Shown here: positions 29,300 through 38,008 of the stretch, piece by piece
How positions within the stretch are numbered: position 1 is the stretch's first letter
Layout: every line of letters begins with the position of its first letter
Translations under genes and position numbers: made by a program
Notes under the pieces: model-generated
Database searches by the model: none
What the model saw: only the letters and a program-made list of their open reading frames with translations
What the model was told of the DNA's origin: nothing
From: Rhodospirillales bacterium
Lineage (GTDB): Bacteria > Pseudomonadota > Alphaproteobacteria > Rhodospirillales > UBA2165
Reading direction: 5' to 3'
Assembly: GCA_022823235.1 (NCBI GenBank)
Contig: JAJDXO010000045.1
Location: forward strand, 13,702-77,701
DNA length: 64,000 nt

Positions 29300-29806
29300 C
29301 TATTGCTCGCGCACCACCCGTTCCCAGACCGGAATATCCTGGGGCATCGGCCGTGCCGGCACCTGCCCCATCATGTCGGCAATGTAACCGCGGTGAAAGG
29401 CGCCGTGCATGATCAGATGGGTAAGAATCATATATCTGGGCAGCCGGCCCTTGTTGCCGCCGATCAGCTCGTAGGCGACCTCTTCTTCGAGATCCTCCTC
29501 GGACAGACCCTCGATATAGCCGCGGATTTCCTCATCCATATCGTGCTGTGCTGCCTGAAGGCCCGCCAAGTCCCCGTGCAGCACCGTTTGCAGCTTATCG
29601 AACCCGTGAGGACGGCCTTGCATATGCGCCATCCACACCTTTTCGACGACCAGGAAATGGTTCAGCAAAACAAGGAAGCTTTTCATGATCGAGGGACGCT
29701 GTTTGGTCAGCTCGCCATCCGGCAGACCGTCGACCTGCGCGTAGTAGAGATCCCGCGCCCAGATGTTGTAATCGAGCAGCGACAGCAGGTACGACTTATC
29801 GTGCAT
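29300..29806 (-). CDS. DinB-family protein
   Basis: 168 aa. DinB-like pattern: YNIWA near the N-terminus, conserved His residues (LLNHFLVVEKVW, HLIMHGAFHRG). Confidence 0.65.
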   Translation of the reverse strand: MHDKSYLLSLLDYNIWARDLYYAQVDGLPDGELTKQRPSIMKSFLVLLNHFLVVEKVWMAHMQGRPHGFDKLQTVLHGDLAGLQAAQHDMDEEIRGYIEGLSEEDLEEEVAYELIGGNKGRLPRYMILTHLIMHGAFHRGYIADMMGQVPARPMPQDIPVWERVVREQ

Positions 29807-29929
29807 GAGGAGCGCTCCTTCCCGGCCGGCCGGCCGCGGGGCGCCGCCGGTTTCTCCGATTATGGAGCAGGCGCCGGATCAAATCACTCTTTCGTTACGG
29901 GTTGGCCCTATTCTCGCCACAATTGGTTG

Positions 29930-30058
29930 CTTGAATAGCTCCATCAGGCCTCCTGATTGAGAGGGCACATGCCCCTCTTACCCCCCTTGAGGGCAGAGCA
30001 TTCTGCCCTGACTTTCGGCCGGGGAGCCCCCCTGACTCCCCGGCCGATTTTTCTTTTT
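29930..30058 (+). ncRNA. Candidate small RNA: four hairpins with C-rich loops and linkers ending in an intrinsic terminator
   Basis: Hairpins at 29943-29957 (ATCAGG-CCT-CCTGAT), 29960-29978, 29990-30009 (AGGGCAGA-GCAT-TCTGCCCT) and 30015-30047, followed by a T-run. No plus-strand gene lies upstream. The weak promoter-like TTACGG-N17-CACAAT at 29895-29923 is speculative. Confidence 0.35.
30015..30058 (+). terminator. Rho-independent terminator, plus-strand orientation
   Basis: 11-bp perfect stem TCGGCCGGGGA / TCCCCGGCCGA, loop GCCCCCCTGAC, then TTTTTCTTTTT. On the minus strand no T-run follows the hairpin. Confidence 0.65.
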
Positions 30059-30064
30059 ACCGGA

Positions 30065-30823
30065 TTAGGCGTGCCAACCGCCGTCGGCCATGAACACGCC
30101 GCCCGTGGAATAGCTCGACATATCGGACGCCAGATAGAGTACCGATTTGGCGATCTCGTCGGCCGTGGCATGGCGGCCGAGCGGAATGGTCTTGTTGAGC
30201 ATTTCGGTCATGTCGATCCCCATGAGCTTGCTCGCCCGGTCTTCGATCTCCTGCTGAAAGGCGGTCGATGTCGGCCCGGGCGCCAGCACATTGGCGCGAA
30301 TGTTCCTGGGTGCGAGCTCCTTGGAGATTGCCCGGGTCATGCCGACCACGGCATGCTTGGAGGTAATATACGCGACCGAGTTGGGGCGGGCCGTCACCCC
30401 CATGATGCTCGACATGACGATGATGCTGCCCCCGTCGGTCATGGCCGGGATGGCGTGTTTGCAGGTCAGGAAAACGCCCATGACGTTGACGTCCAACACA
30501 TGGGCGAAAACATCCTCAGGATAGTCCGCGGTACTGGCGGAGGTCCCGCTGACCCCGGCATTGGCAAACAGCACGTCGATTGCGCCCCAGGCATCGACGG
30601 CCGAAGCGATGAAGGCCCGGCAATCGTCCGAGCTGGCGACGTCGGCGACGGCGGTCAACGTTCGGTCCGGGTCCATTTGGCCAAGCGCAGCGTCGAGATC
30701 GGCCTGCCGCCGGTCGACCAGCATGACCCTGGCGCCTTCCGATTGAAGCAGGCGGGCGCTGGCAAGGCCTATTTCGCCGGCCCCACCGGTGACGATGCAG
30801 CGTTTGTCATCCATCTGACCCAT
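30065..30823 (-). CDS. SDR-family oxidoreductase
   Basis: Start at MGQMDDKRCIVTGGAGEIGLA (TGxxxGxG), preceded by GGAGG. The catalytic tyrosine lies in SVAYITSKHAV (YxxxK). 252 aa. Confidence 0.85.
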   Translation of the reverse strand: MGQMDDKRCIVTGGAGEIGLASARLLQSEGARVMLVDRRQADLDAALGQMDPDRTLTAVADVASSDDCRAFIASAVDAWGAIDVLFANAGVSGTSASTADYPEDVFAHVLDVNVMGVFLTCKHAIPAMTDGGSIIVMSSIMGVTARPNSVAYITSKHAVVGMTRAISKELAPRNIRANVLAPGPTSTAFQQEIEDRASKLMGIDMTEMLNKTIPLGRHATADEIAKSVLYLASDMSSYSTGGVFMADGGWHA

Positions 30824-30895
30824 TTGGTCCTCCAGCTTGTCGGAATGCCGGCGACGAGGTGTCGCCCGGCAGTGAGTGTCATACAAGTGCGATAC

Positions 30896-30916
30896 TATCC
30901 ACAAATTCTGTGGATA
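30896..30916. promoter_or_regulatory. Perfect inverted repeat TATCCACA-N5-TGTGGATA in the SDR promoter region
   Basis: Read directly. It lies 73-93 nt upstream of the SDR start codon. Each extended half-site matches the DnaA-box consensus at 8 of 9 positions, but the dyad arrangement suggests a dimeric regulator. Confidence 0.4.
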
Positions 30917-30988
30917 TCTCGCGCATGTTTCGTGGACAGTCTTCGCCCAATCCCCATGCCGGCTTTGCTGACTCCGGCGTCCGGTTCG

Positions 30989-31342
30989 TCACCTCGGATG
31001 AACCTCGATATAAAGCAGAGCCGATTCACCGTGTCCGTGCGAATGCCCGCCGAACCCATGACTGGTGACCGGAAACCGGCCCGTCGCCCGGGCATTGAAG
31101 CTCATGGTCGCCACGGAGCCCGGTCTGGCCTCCTGTTCGATGTCATAGCCGTGAAGGTGTAGCTCGACGATCTCGTCCGTGTGGAAGCGAATGGTGACCT
31201 CGTCGCCCTGCTTGACGCGAATGACCCGCTCGCCGACGACTTTGCGCTTCTCGATATTCACGGTTACTTCGACCGGATCAGCCAACGCCGACGCCGCGCC
31301 CAGGGCAATCGCCAGGAACCCCAAGATCAGCGCCCGAGTCAT
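30989..31342 (-). CDS. Small secreted cupredoxin-like protein with a His-rich C-terminal segment
   Basis: Start at MTRALILGFLAIALGAASALA (signal peptide) with a GGAGGAG Shine-Dalgarno. The beta-rich body (VTIRFHTDEIVELHLHGYD) ends ...TSHGFGGHSHGHGESALLYIEVHP. The family call is tentative. Confidence 0.55.
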   Translation of the reverse strand: MTRALILGFLAIALGAASALADPVEVTVNIEKRKVVGERVIRVKQGDEVTIRFHTDEIVELHLHGYDIEQEARPGSVATMSFNARATGRFPVTSHGFGGHSHGHGESALLYIEVHPR

Positions 31343-31467
31343 TTCCAATCTCCTCCAACCCGCGGACATCATACGCGCGAGTGAAATTTAGAACCTCACC
31401 CCGGCGATGCAATCCAATTGACCGCGAGCCCGTTTGATCCCCGGCCGCTCATTGGTAAGGTAACGGC

Positions 31468-32448
31468 ATGAGCAGCCGCGAATACTCGCCCGATCCCAAA
31501 TATTTGGACGCCTTTCCGGACAAATCGGGCAATGACGTCAATGGCCTTGGCGAAGATGAACGGCGACCGCCATCGCCTTTCTTCTGGCACCCGAAAAACC
31601 GCCATGACTTTGGCGACCTGCAGGACGCGGTGATGCACAATTTCCACACCTCGCCCGACATCCAGCGGGTCTACAACCCCAATGCCGATCGCGGGCCCAA
31701 ACCCATAGAACGCGCCGACACGCCCGTCGAACGGTCGCCCGCGGTGTGGACCGAGACGGTCAAATCGTTCGCGCTGAGCCATGAGGCCGATCAGGTAGGC
31801 ATCACGCCGATGGATCCGTCCTACGTTTTTGACGGCTATGAGATCGGCGAGCCCTGGCTGATCGTCATCGGCGTGGCCATGGACCACGACCGGCTGAACG
31901 CGGCCCCGGACACGCTGGAAAACCCGGTTTCGGCCGTGGAAGTCGGTGAGCAGTACAATCGCGCGGCCAGGGTTTCCCGCAATCTCGCCAATTACGTTCT
32001 ATCCCAGGGATACAATGCCAAGGCGTTTCCCGGACCCTGGGCATCGGCGTTGCTGATGATCCCCCCGGCGATCGAGGCCGGGTTCGGGCAATTGGGCAAG
32101 CATGGCTCTTTGATCAATCGGCAGTTCGGCTCATCCTTCCGTTTGTCGGCGGTGTCGACCGACATGCCGCTTGTCGCCGACGCGCGCGACGATATCGGCG
32201 CCGAGGAATTTTGCGCCAATTGCCGGGTCTGTTCCAAAGCCTGCCCGCCCGGCGCCATTTTCGATACCAAACAGATGGTTCGCGGCGAGCGGAAGTGGTA
32301 CGTCGATTTCGACAAATGCATCCCCTACTTCGGCGAGACCATGGGATGCGCCATCTGTATCGGCCGCTGCCCGTGGTCGAAACCGGGCACGGCTCCGAGG
32401 CTGGCGGAGAAGATGCTGGCGAGACGGGCCCGTCTCGCGGCGGAATAA
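31468..32448 (+). CDS. 4Fe-4S dicluster protein of the epoxyqueuosine reductase (QueG)/reductive dehalogenase superfamily
   Basis: 326 aa. It has two cluster motifs, CANCRVCSKACP and CAICIGRCP. The region AIEAGFGQLGKHGSLINRQFGSSFRL parallels the QueG core. It lacks the QueG C-terminal HEAT-like domain. Confidence 0.6.
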   Translation: MSSREYSPDPKYLDAFPDKSGNDVNGLGEDERRPPSPFFWHPKNRHDFGDLQDAVMHNFHTSPDIQRVYNPNADRGPKPIERADTPVERSPAVWTETVKSFALSHEADQVGITPMDPSYVFDGYEIGEPWLIVIGVAMDHDRLNAAPDTLENPVSAVEVGEQYNRAARVSRNLANYVLSQGYNAKAFPGPWASALLMIPPAIEAGFGQLGKHGSLINRQFGSSFRLSAVSTDMPLVADARDDIGAEEFCANCRVCSKACPPGAIFDTKQMVRGERKWYVDFDKCIPYFGETMGCAICIGRCPWSKPGTAPRLAEKMLARRARLAAE

Positions 32449-32460
32449 AACTCCTTCCCC

Positions 32461-32474
32461 AGAGCGGTTTCCGG
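32461..32474 (+). repeat. Variant copy of the recurrent motif: AGAGCGGTTTCCGG
   Basis: One substitution (A to G) relative to AGAGCAGTTTCCGG. It lies 12 nt after the stop of the Fe-S gene and 151 nt upstream of ccmA. Confidence 0.5.
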
Positions 32475-32624
32475 CCAAATTGGATCGAGTGATCCGGTTC
32501 ATTCGGCTTGCGGCCGTGCCGACCGGTGATTCGCAAGTCCATCTGTCATTGACCGCCCCCGACATGATAGATTTGCCGCCTCATCCAACCTGCCGTCCGG
32601 CTGGGAAATCATGGTCGCGTTCTC

Positions 32625-33242
32625 ATGGTCGCGTTCTCTGGCACTCGATTGACCTGTATTCGGGGGGAGCGGCTTGTCTTCGAGGATCTCGGCTTCTCGG
32701 TCGAGGAAGGCGCGGCGCTGTACCTGACGGGAGCCAACGGTTCCGGCAAATCCAGCCTCCTCCGGGTTATGGCGACCTTGCTGCGGCCCGCCGCCGGTGA
32801 ATTGTGTTGGAACGAGGTAGACGTGTGGGACGATATTCCGGCGCACCATGACCGAACCCGGTACGTCGGGCACGCGAACGGGGTAAAGCCGGTTCTCAGC
32901 GTTGGCGAGAACTTGACCTTTTGGGCGGCGATTTCGGAGACGCGGTCCGAACCGGTCGGCCAGAGGGTGCAGACCGCCTTGGACGGGGTCGGTCTCGGCG
33001 GATTGTCGCAAATGCCCGCCCGGTTCCTGTCCGCGGGTCAACGGCGGCGGCTGAATCTTGCCCGGCTGCTGGCGGCGCCCGCCCGCCTGTGGCTGCTGGA
33101 TGAACCGGCGGCTGGCCTCGACGAGGGGAGTACCGCCGTACTCGAGAGCATGATCACCTCGCATCTCGCCAAGGGTGGCATGGCCGTCGTCGCCACCCAT
33201 GATGCCGTGCCGGCCGGCGCACGGCGGCTCGAATTGCCGTGA
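32625..33242 (+). CDS. ccmA: Heme exporter ATP-binding protein CcmA
   Basis: 205 aa. Walker A GANGSGKSSLLR, signature LSAGQRRR, Walker B LWLLDEP. Confidence 0.9.
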   Translation: MVAFSGTRLTCIRGERLVFEDLGFSVEEGAALYLTGANGSGKSSLLRVMATLLRPAAGELCWNEVDVWDDIPAHHDRTRYVGHANGVKPVLSVGENLTFWAAISETRSEPVGQRVQTALDGVGLGGLSQMPARFLSAGQRRRLNLARLLAAPARLWLLDEPAAGLDEGSTAVLESMITSHLAKGGMAVVATHDAVPAGARRLELP

Positions 33243-33907
33243 TGCGCGGTTTCACCGATACCCTCCGCCGGGAACTCCGCCTGGCGCTCCGCCAGGGTGG
33301 CGACAGTCTTCTGGTGGTGATGTTTTTTGTTCTGGTGGTGGTGCTTTTTCCCCTTGGCGCGGGGCCCGAACCCGGAATCCTAAGCCGGATCGGCGCCGGG
33401 ATTATCTGGATCTCCGCTCTGTTGGCCGCCATGCTTTCGATGGACCGGCTGTACCAATCCGACTTCGAGGACGGATCATTGGAGCTTCTCGTCCTGAGCC
33501 CGGCGCCGCTGGAGATCGTCGTACTGGCAAAGGCCGCCGCCCACTGGCTGACGACGGGGCTCCCGCTCATCGTCGCCTCGCCGCTGCTCGGGCTGTTGTT
33601 GAACCTGGAAGCCGAGGGGATCGGGGTGATGCTCGTGTCGCTGACCCTTGGAACGCCGGCGCTGAGTCTAGTGGGGGCGATCGCCGCGGCGCTGGTCCTC
33701 GGCGCACGCCGAGGCGGGGTTTTGATCTCTCTCCTTATTCTGCCTCTATTCATACCGATCCTGATTTTCGGCGTCGGCGCCGTTGACGCGGCGCTGCTCG
33801 AATTGACCTATCGGCCCCAACTCATGGTCCTTGGCGCATTGTTGCTGCTTGCGGCGGCGCTCAGCCCGTGGGCGGCGGCGGCGGCGGTGCGCCAGGCCGT
33901 TGCATGA
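33239..33907 (+). CDS. ccmB: Heme exporter membrane protein CcmB
   Basis: 222 aa, polytopic, overlapping the ccmA stop (GTG 33239 or ATG 33242). Typical CcmB N-terminus ...RRELRLALRQGGD. Confidence 0.88.
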   Translation: MMRGFTDTLRRELRLALRQGGDSLLVVMFFVLVVVLFPLGAGPEPGILSRIGAGIIWISALLAAMLSMDRLYQSDFEDGSLELLVLSPAPLEIVVLAKAAAHWLTTGLPLIVASPLLGLLLNLEAEGIGVMLVSLTLGTPALSLVGAIAAALVLGARRGGVLISLLILPLFIPILIFGVGAVDAALLELTYRPQLMVLGALLLLAAALSPWAAAAAVRQAVA

Positions 33908-34115
33908 TGGAGGAATGGACATATGTGTTCAGGTGTTTCCAAGGGACGGGAGCGGATCAGGCTCGAGCCGGGTCCGGTCGGCCGGTCACCCGGCAAGGTA
34001 CGGGAACCCCGGGCGTCACGTTGCCGCGAGGCGCCTGGAATTTAGCTGGAAGCCGCGATAAAACGCGGGCTTGATTGGGACCAGAAAACGAGAACAGGCG
34101 GAAGCAGGCGTCAAC

Positions 34116-34859
34116 GTGCATAGATTTGCCAACCCCACCCGCTTCGTCCGGCTTGCCGGCCGCGTCCAGCCCTGGGCCGCCGCGCTTGCGCTTTTGTGCC
34201 TGGGCGCGGGCCTGTACTTCGCACTGTTCTCCTCGCCGCCCGATTATCAACAAGGTGAAACCGTCCGCATCATGTACGTGCATGTGCCGGCGGCGTGGAT
34301 GGCGATGTTCTGCTACGTGGTCATGGCCGCGGCGAGCGCATCGTCCCTGATTTGGCGGCACCGGGTCGCCGACCTCGCGGCCAAGGCCACGGCGCCGGTT
34401 GGGGCGGCATTCACCCTTTTGGCGCTCGTCACCGGTTCCCTGTGGGGCAAACCCATGTGGGGCACCTGGTGGGTATGGGATGCCCGGCTGACGTCAGTTC
34501 TGATCCTGTTCTTTCTCTATTTGGGCTATATCGCTCTGCAAAACGCATTCGACGATCCCGCCCGCGGCGCCCGTGCCGCCGCCATCCTTGCCGTGGTCGG
34601 CGTCATCAACGTGCCGATCATCAAATTCTCGGTCGACTGGTGGAACACCCTCCACCAGCCCGCGAGCCTGACCCGCCTGGATGGACCCGCGATCCACTCG
34701 AGCATGCTGACCCCGTTGCTGCTCATGGCGCTCGGCTACACGGCACTGTATGTGTGGCTTGCCATCATCCGCATGCGGGCGGAGCTGGCGGAGACGAAAA
34801 TCAGGGCGATCCGGTATCGCCAGGCCTCGGGCACCGCGCCAGCCCCTCAGGAGAGTTGA
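34116..34859 (+). CDS. ccmC: Heme exporter/heme lyase subunit CcmC
   Basis: Trp-rich motif WGKPMWGTWWVWDARL. The start is taken at GTG 34116 (VHRFANPTRF), matching the usual CcmC N-terminus. The track ORF starts at TTG 34071. Confidence 0.88.
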   Translation: MHRFANPTRFVRLAGRVQPWAAALALLCLGAGLYFALFSSPPDYQQGETVRIMYVHVPAAWMAMFCYVVMAAASASSLIWRHRVADLAAKATAPVGAAFTLLALVTGSLWGKPMWGTWWVWDARLTSVLILFFLYLGYIALQNAFDDPARGARAAAILAVVGVINVPIIKFSVDWWNTLHQPASLTRLDGPAIHSSMLTPLLLMALGYTALYVWLAIIRMRAELAETKIRAIRYRQASGTAPAPQES

Positions 34860-34860
34860 G

Positions 34861-35037
34861 ATGGAAGCAATTCAATCCTTCCTGAACATGGGCGGGTACG
34901 CGGCCTTCGTGTGGCCGGCATATGGCGCCACGGCGCTGGTGTTGGCCGGACTCTCCGCCATGAGCGTCGTCAGGATGCGGGCCAACGAAAGGGCACTGGC
35001 CGAACTGCGCGGCGCCGACGACGAGGAAGACGCGTGA
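34861..35037 (+). CDS. ccmD: Heme exporter protein CcmD
   Basis: 58-aa single-helix protein MEAIQSFLNMGGYAAFVWPAYGATALVLAG..., sitting between ccmC and ccmE. Confidence 0.8.
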   Translation: MEAIQSFLNMGGYAAFVWPAYGATALVLAGLSAMSVVRMRANERALAELRGADDEEDA

Positions 35038-35471
35038 AGCGGAAGCATCAACGCATGACCCTGCTTGGGGTCGGCGGAGTGGCTGCTGCCGCCGCCGCCG
35101 CCCTCGTGCTCACCGCCTTCGAGGACAATATCGTCTTCTTTCACAGTCCGACCGAACTGAGTGAACGAAATTTCGCACCCACTCAGCGGCTCCGCATCGG
35201 CGGACTGGTTGAAGCGGGCAGCGTCGCCAAAGCCGCCGACGGTGTCTCCGTCTCATTCACGGTGACGGATACCGCCAAGTCGGTGCCGGTCACGTTCAAG
35301 GGCATCCTCCCCGACCTTTTCCGCGAGGGTCAGGGCATCGTCGCCGAGGGTCATCTGCGCGAAGGCGTGTTCGTCGCCACCGATGTCCTGGCCAAGCATG
35401 ATGAAACCTACATGCCGCCGGAGGTCGCGGAGGCGATCAAGAAATCCGGCCAGTGGAAAGGCGGGCGGTAG
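35034..35471 (+). CDS. ccmE: Cytochrome c-type biogenesis heme chaperone CcmE
   Basis: GTG at 35034 overlaps the ccmD stop (GTGA). Membrane anchor, then an OB-fold. The heme-binding His lies in LAKHDETYMPPEV. ATG at 35055 is an alternative start. Confidence 0.88.
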   Translation: MKRKHQRMTLLGVGGVAAAAAAALVLTAFEDNIVFFHSPTELSERNFAPTQRLRIGGLVEAGSVAKAADGVSVSFTVTDTAKSVPVTFKGILPDLFREGQGIVAEGHLREGVFVATDVLAKHDETYMPPEVAEAIKKSGQWKGGR

Positions 35472-35474
35472 CCG

Positions 35475-37463
35475 ATGATGACCGCGGAACTCGGACATTT
35501 CGCCCTCATCCTGGCTCTCGCGGCCGCCGCCCTGCAAGGCACCCTGCCCCTGATCGGCGCCCAGCGCCGGGATTCCGTTTGGATGAGTGTCGCCGCACCG
35601 GCGGCCATCCTCCAGTTTCTCCTGATCGCCGTTTCGTTCTGGGCGCTGACCCGCGCCTTCGTACTGTCCGACTTCTCGCTAATGATCGTGGCGATGAATT
35701 CCCACACCGCCAAGCCCCTGCTCTACAAAATTTCCGGTGTCTGGGGCAATCACGAGGGCTCCATGCTGTTGTGGGTGCTGGTGCTCGCCCTGTTCGGTGC
35801 GGCCATCGCCCTATTCGGCGGCAACCTGAGACCAACCCTCAAGGTGCGCGTTCTGGCCGTTCAGGGTCTGTTGGGCCTCGGTTTTCTGGCGTTCATCCTC
35901 TTCACCTCCAACCCGTTCGAACGGCTGTTCCCGGTACCGGTCGACGGGCGCGACCTCAACCCGTTGCTGCAGGATCCCGGCCTCGCCTTTCACCCGCCTT
36001 TGCTTTACCTCGGCTATGTCGGGCTATCGACCACCTTTTCGTTCGCCGTCGCCGCGCTGATCGAGGGCCGGGCCGATCCCGCCTGGGCGCGCTGGGTCCG
36101 GCCCTGGACACTTGCTTCCTGGACCTTTCTCACCGGCGGCATCGTGCTCGGATCGTGGTGGGCCTATTACGAGCTCGGCTGGGGCGGTTGGTGGTTCTGG
36201 GATCCGGTGGAAAACGCGTCATTCATGCCTTGGCTCGCGGCAACCGCCCTCCTTCACTCGGCCATCGTCTCCGAAAAAAGAGACGCGCTAAAGGGCTGGA
36301 CCGTCTTCCTCGCCATCGTCGCGTTTGCCTTCTCGCTGCTCGGTACCTTCCTGGTCCGGTCGGGCGTGTTGACGTCGGTACACGCCTTTGCCTCGGACCC
36401 GAGCCGCGGCGTGTTCATATTGATGCTGCTGATCGTATCGGTGGGCGGCGCCTTCGCGCTTTATGCCTGGCGGGGCCCGGCCCTCAAGGGGGGCGGGCTT
36501 TTCCGCCCCATATCCCGCGAAGGCGGATTGGTCCTCAACAACTTCCTGCTGACCGCCGCCGCCGCCGCGGTTCTGCTGGGGACCGTCTATCCCCTGATCC
36601 TCGACGTACTGAACGCGGGGAAAATTTCCGTCGGCGCGCCTTATTTCAACAGCGTGTTCATCCCGATGATGGTGCCGTTGGTTCTCGCCATGGGCATAGG
36701 TCCGCTGCTCAACTGGAAACGCAGCGAACTCGGCCCGACGGCGTATCGGCTCAAAGTCAGCGCGGGACTGGCCGTCCTCGCCGGCATCGGCGCCTGGCTG
36801 TTTGTCGACCGCGCCTCCGCCTTGGCCGCATTCGGGGTCTTCCTCGCCGCCTGGCTGATGTTCGCGACGCTGCACGAGTTGGCGGTGCGAATTCATCTGT
36901 TCGGGGTTCCCTTAGGCGAAAGTTGGCGGCGCTTGCGGCGCCAGCCGAGGGCGCGATGGGGAATGACCCTCGCCCATGGCGGGCTCGCAATCGTCATCGC
37001 CGGCATGACCGCATCGTCGGCATGGACCGCCGAATCCATCCAGGTCATGAAGCCGGGAGACAGGGTGGATGTCGGCGGCCACGTCTTCACCTTTGACGGC
37101 GCCCGGGAGGTGCGGGGCCCCAACTACGCGGCGACCCGGGGTACGTTCCGCGTCGATAGCGGCGGCGGCGGTATCGTGCTGACACCCGAGAAACGATTTT
37201 ACGACGTTCAGGGTCAGACCACCGAGGCGGCCATCCACCCGACGTTTCTCGGTGATCTCTATGCGGTTCTCGGGGACCCGCGGGGCGAAGACGGAGGTTT
37301 CGTCACCCGCCTTTATTTCAATCCACTCGTCCCATGGATGTGGGCCGGGGCGTTCATCATGGTCCTTGGCGGCTTCGTGAGCCTGTCCGACCGCCGGCAT
37401 CGGGTCGGCGCACCCGGCCGGCAAAAGGCCGGCGCCCGGGCCGTACCGGCACCGGCGGAATAA
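35475..37463 (+). CDS. ccmF: Cytochrome c heme lyase subunit CcmF
   Basis: 662 aa, polytopic, with the Trp-rich motif WWAYYELGWGGWWFWDPVENAS. Confidence 0.92.
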   Translation: MMTAELGHFALILALAAAALQGTLPLIGAQRRDSVWMSVAAPAAILQFLLIAVSFWALTRAFVLSDFSLMIVAMNSHTAKPLLYKISGVWGNHEGSMLLWVLVLALFGAAIALFGGNLRPTLKVRVLAVQGLLGLGFLAFILFTSNPFERLFPVPVDGRDLNPLLQDPGLAFHPPLLYLGYVGLSTTFSFAVAALIEGRADPAWARWVRPWTLASWTFLTGGIVLGSWWAYYELGWGGWWFWDPVENASFMPWLAATALLHSAIVSEKRDALKGWTVFLAIVAFAFSLLGTFLVRSGVLTSVHAFASDPSRGVFILMLLIVSVGGAFALYAWRGPALKGGGLFRPISREGGLVLNNFLLTAAAAAVLLGTVYPLILDVLNAGKISVGAPYFNSVFIPMMVPLVLAMGIGPLLNWKRSELGPTAYRLKVSAGLAVLAGIGAWLFVDRASALAAFGVFLAAWLMFATLHELAVRIHLFGVPLGESWRRLRRQPRARWGMTLAHGGLAIVIAGMTASSAWTAESIQVMKPGDRVDVGGHVFTFDGAREVRGPNYAATRGTFRVDSGGGGIVLTPEKRFYDVQGQTTEAAIHPTFLGDLYAVLGDPRGEDGGFVTRLYFNPLVPWMWAGAFIMVLGGFVSLSDRRHRVGAPGRQKAGARAVPAPAE

Positions 37464-37465
37464 GC

Positions 37466-38008
37466 ATGTCCCGCCGGTTCCTGTTTCTTCTGCCCCTGGT
37501 CCTGATCGCCGCCCTCGGTATCGGCTTCTGGTTTGGTCTGCAACGGGACCCTCAGGCGCTGCCGTCGGCACTGATCAACAAGCCGGTACCGGAATTTTCC
37601 CTGGCGGCCATCGAAGGGTCGGCGCGGGGTTTCCGCCGGGACGACCTCCTGGGCAAAGTCTCGCTGGTGAACATTTTTGGGTCCTGGTGCCTGGCCTGCC
37701 GGATCGAACATCCGTTCCTGATGGAGTTGAAGGCCAACGGCGTCGTCCCCGTTTACGGGATCAACTGGCGGGAACCCGACCGTCAGGCGGGCCCCGAATG
37801 GCTGGACAAATTCGGCAATCCGTACCGGCTCGTCGGTGACGACCCGCGAAGCGAAGGAGCCATCGCGTTCGGCGTCACGGGCGCGCCGGAGACCTTCTTC
37901 GTCGATCGAAAAGGCATCATCCGCTACAAACATGCGGGCCCCATCACCCGGGATATTTGGGAGAGCAAGCTGTGGCCGATCGTCCAGCGCCTGCGCGCCG
38001 AATCCTAG
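37466..38008 (+). CDS. ccmG: Thiol:disulfide oxidoreductase CcmG/DsbE
   Basis: Start at MSRRFLFLLPLVLIAALG. Thioredoxin motif WCLACRIEHP. 180 aa. Confidence 0.9.
   Translation: MSRRFLFLLPLVLIAALGIGFWFGLQRDPQALPSALINKPVPEFSLAAIEGSARGFRRDDLLGKVSLVNIFGSWCLACRIEHPFLMELKANGVVPVYGINWREPDRQAGPEWLDKFGNPYRLVGDDPRSEGAIAFGVTGAPETFFVDRKGIIRYKHAGPITRDIWESKLWPIVQRLRAES

Noticed and set aside
30015-30058. The GC-rich hairpin as the terminator of the minus-strand SDR gene, or as a bidirectional terminator.
   Set aside because: On the minus strand the hairpin is preceded by the A-run and followed by GAAAGTCAGGG, with no U-tract. The T-run lies only on the plus-strand 3' side, so it is oriented for a plus-strand transcript.
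31396-31887. 163-aa minus-strand ORF overlapping the 5' part of the Fe-S protein gene.
   Set aside because: The plus-strand frame carries clear ferredoxin-cluster motifs and QueG/RdhA-like core similarity. The minus-strand product has no motifs and an atypical composition.
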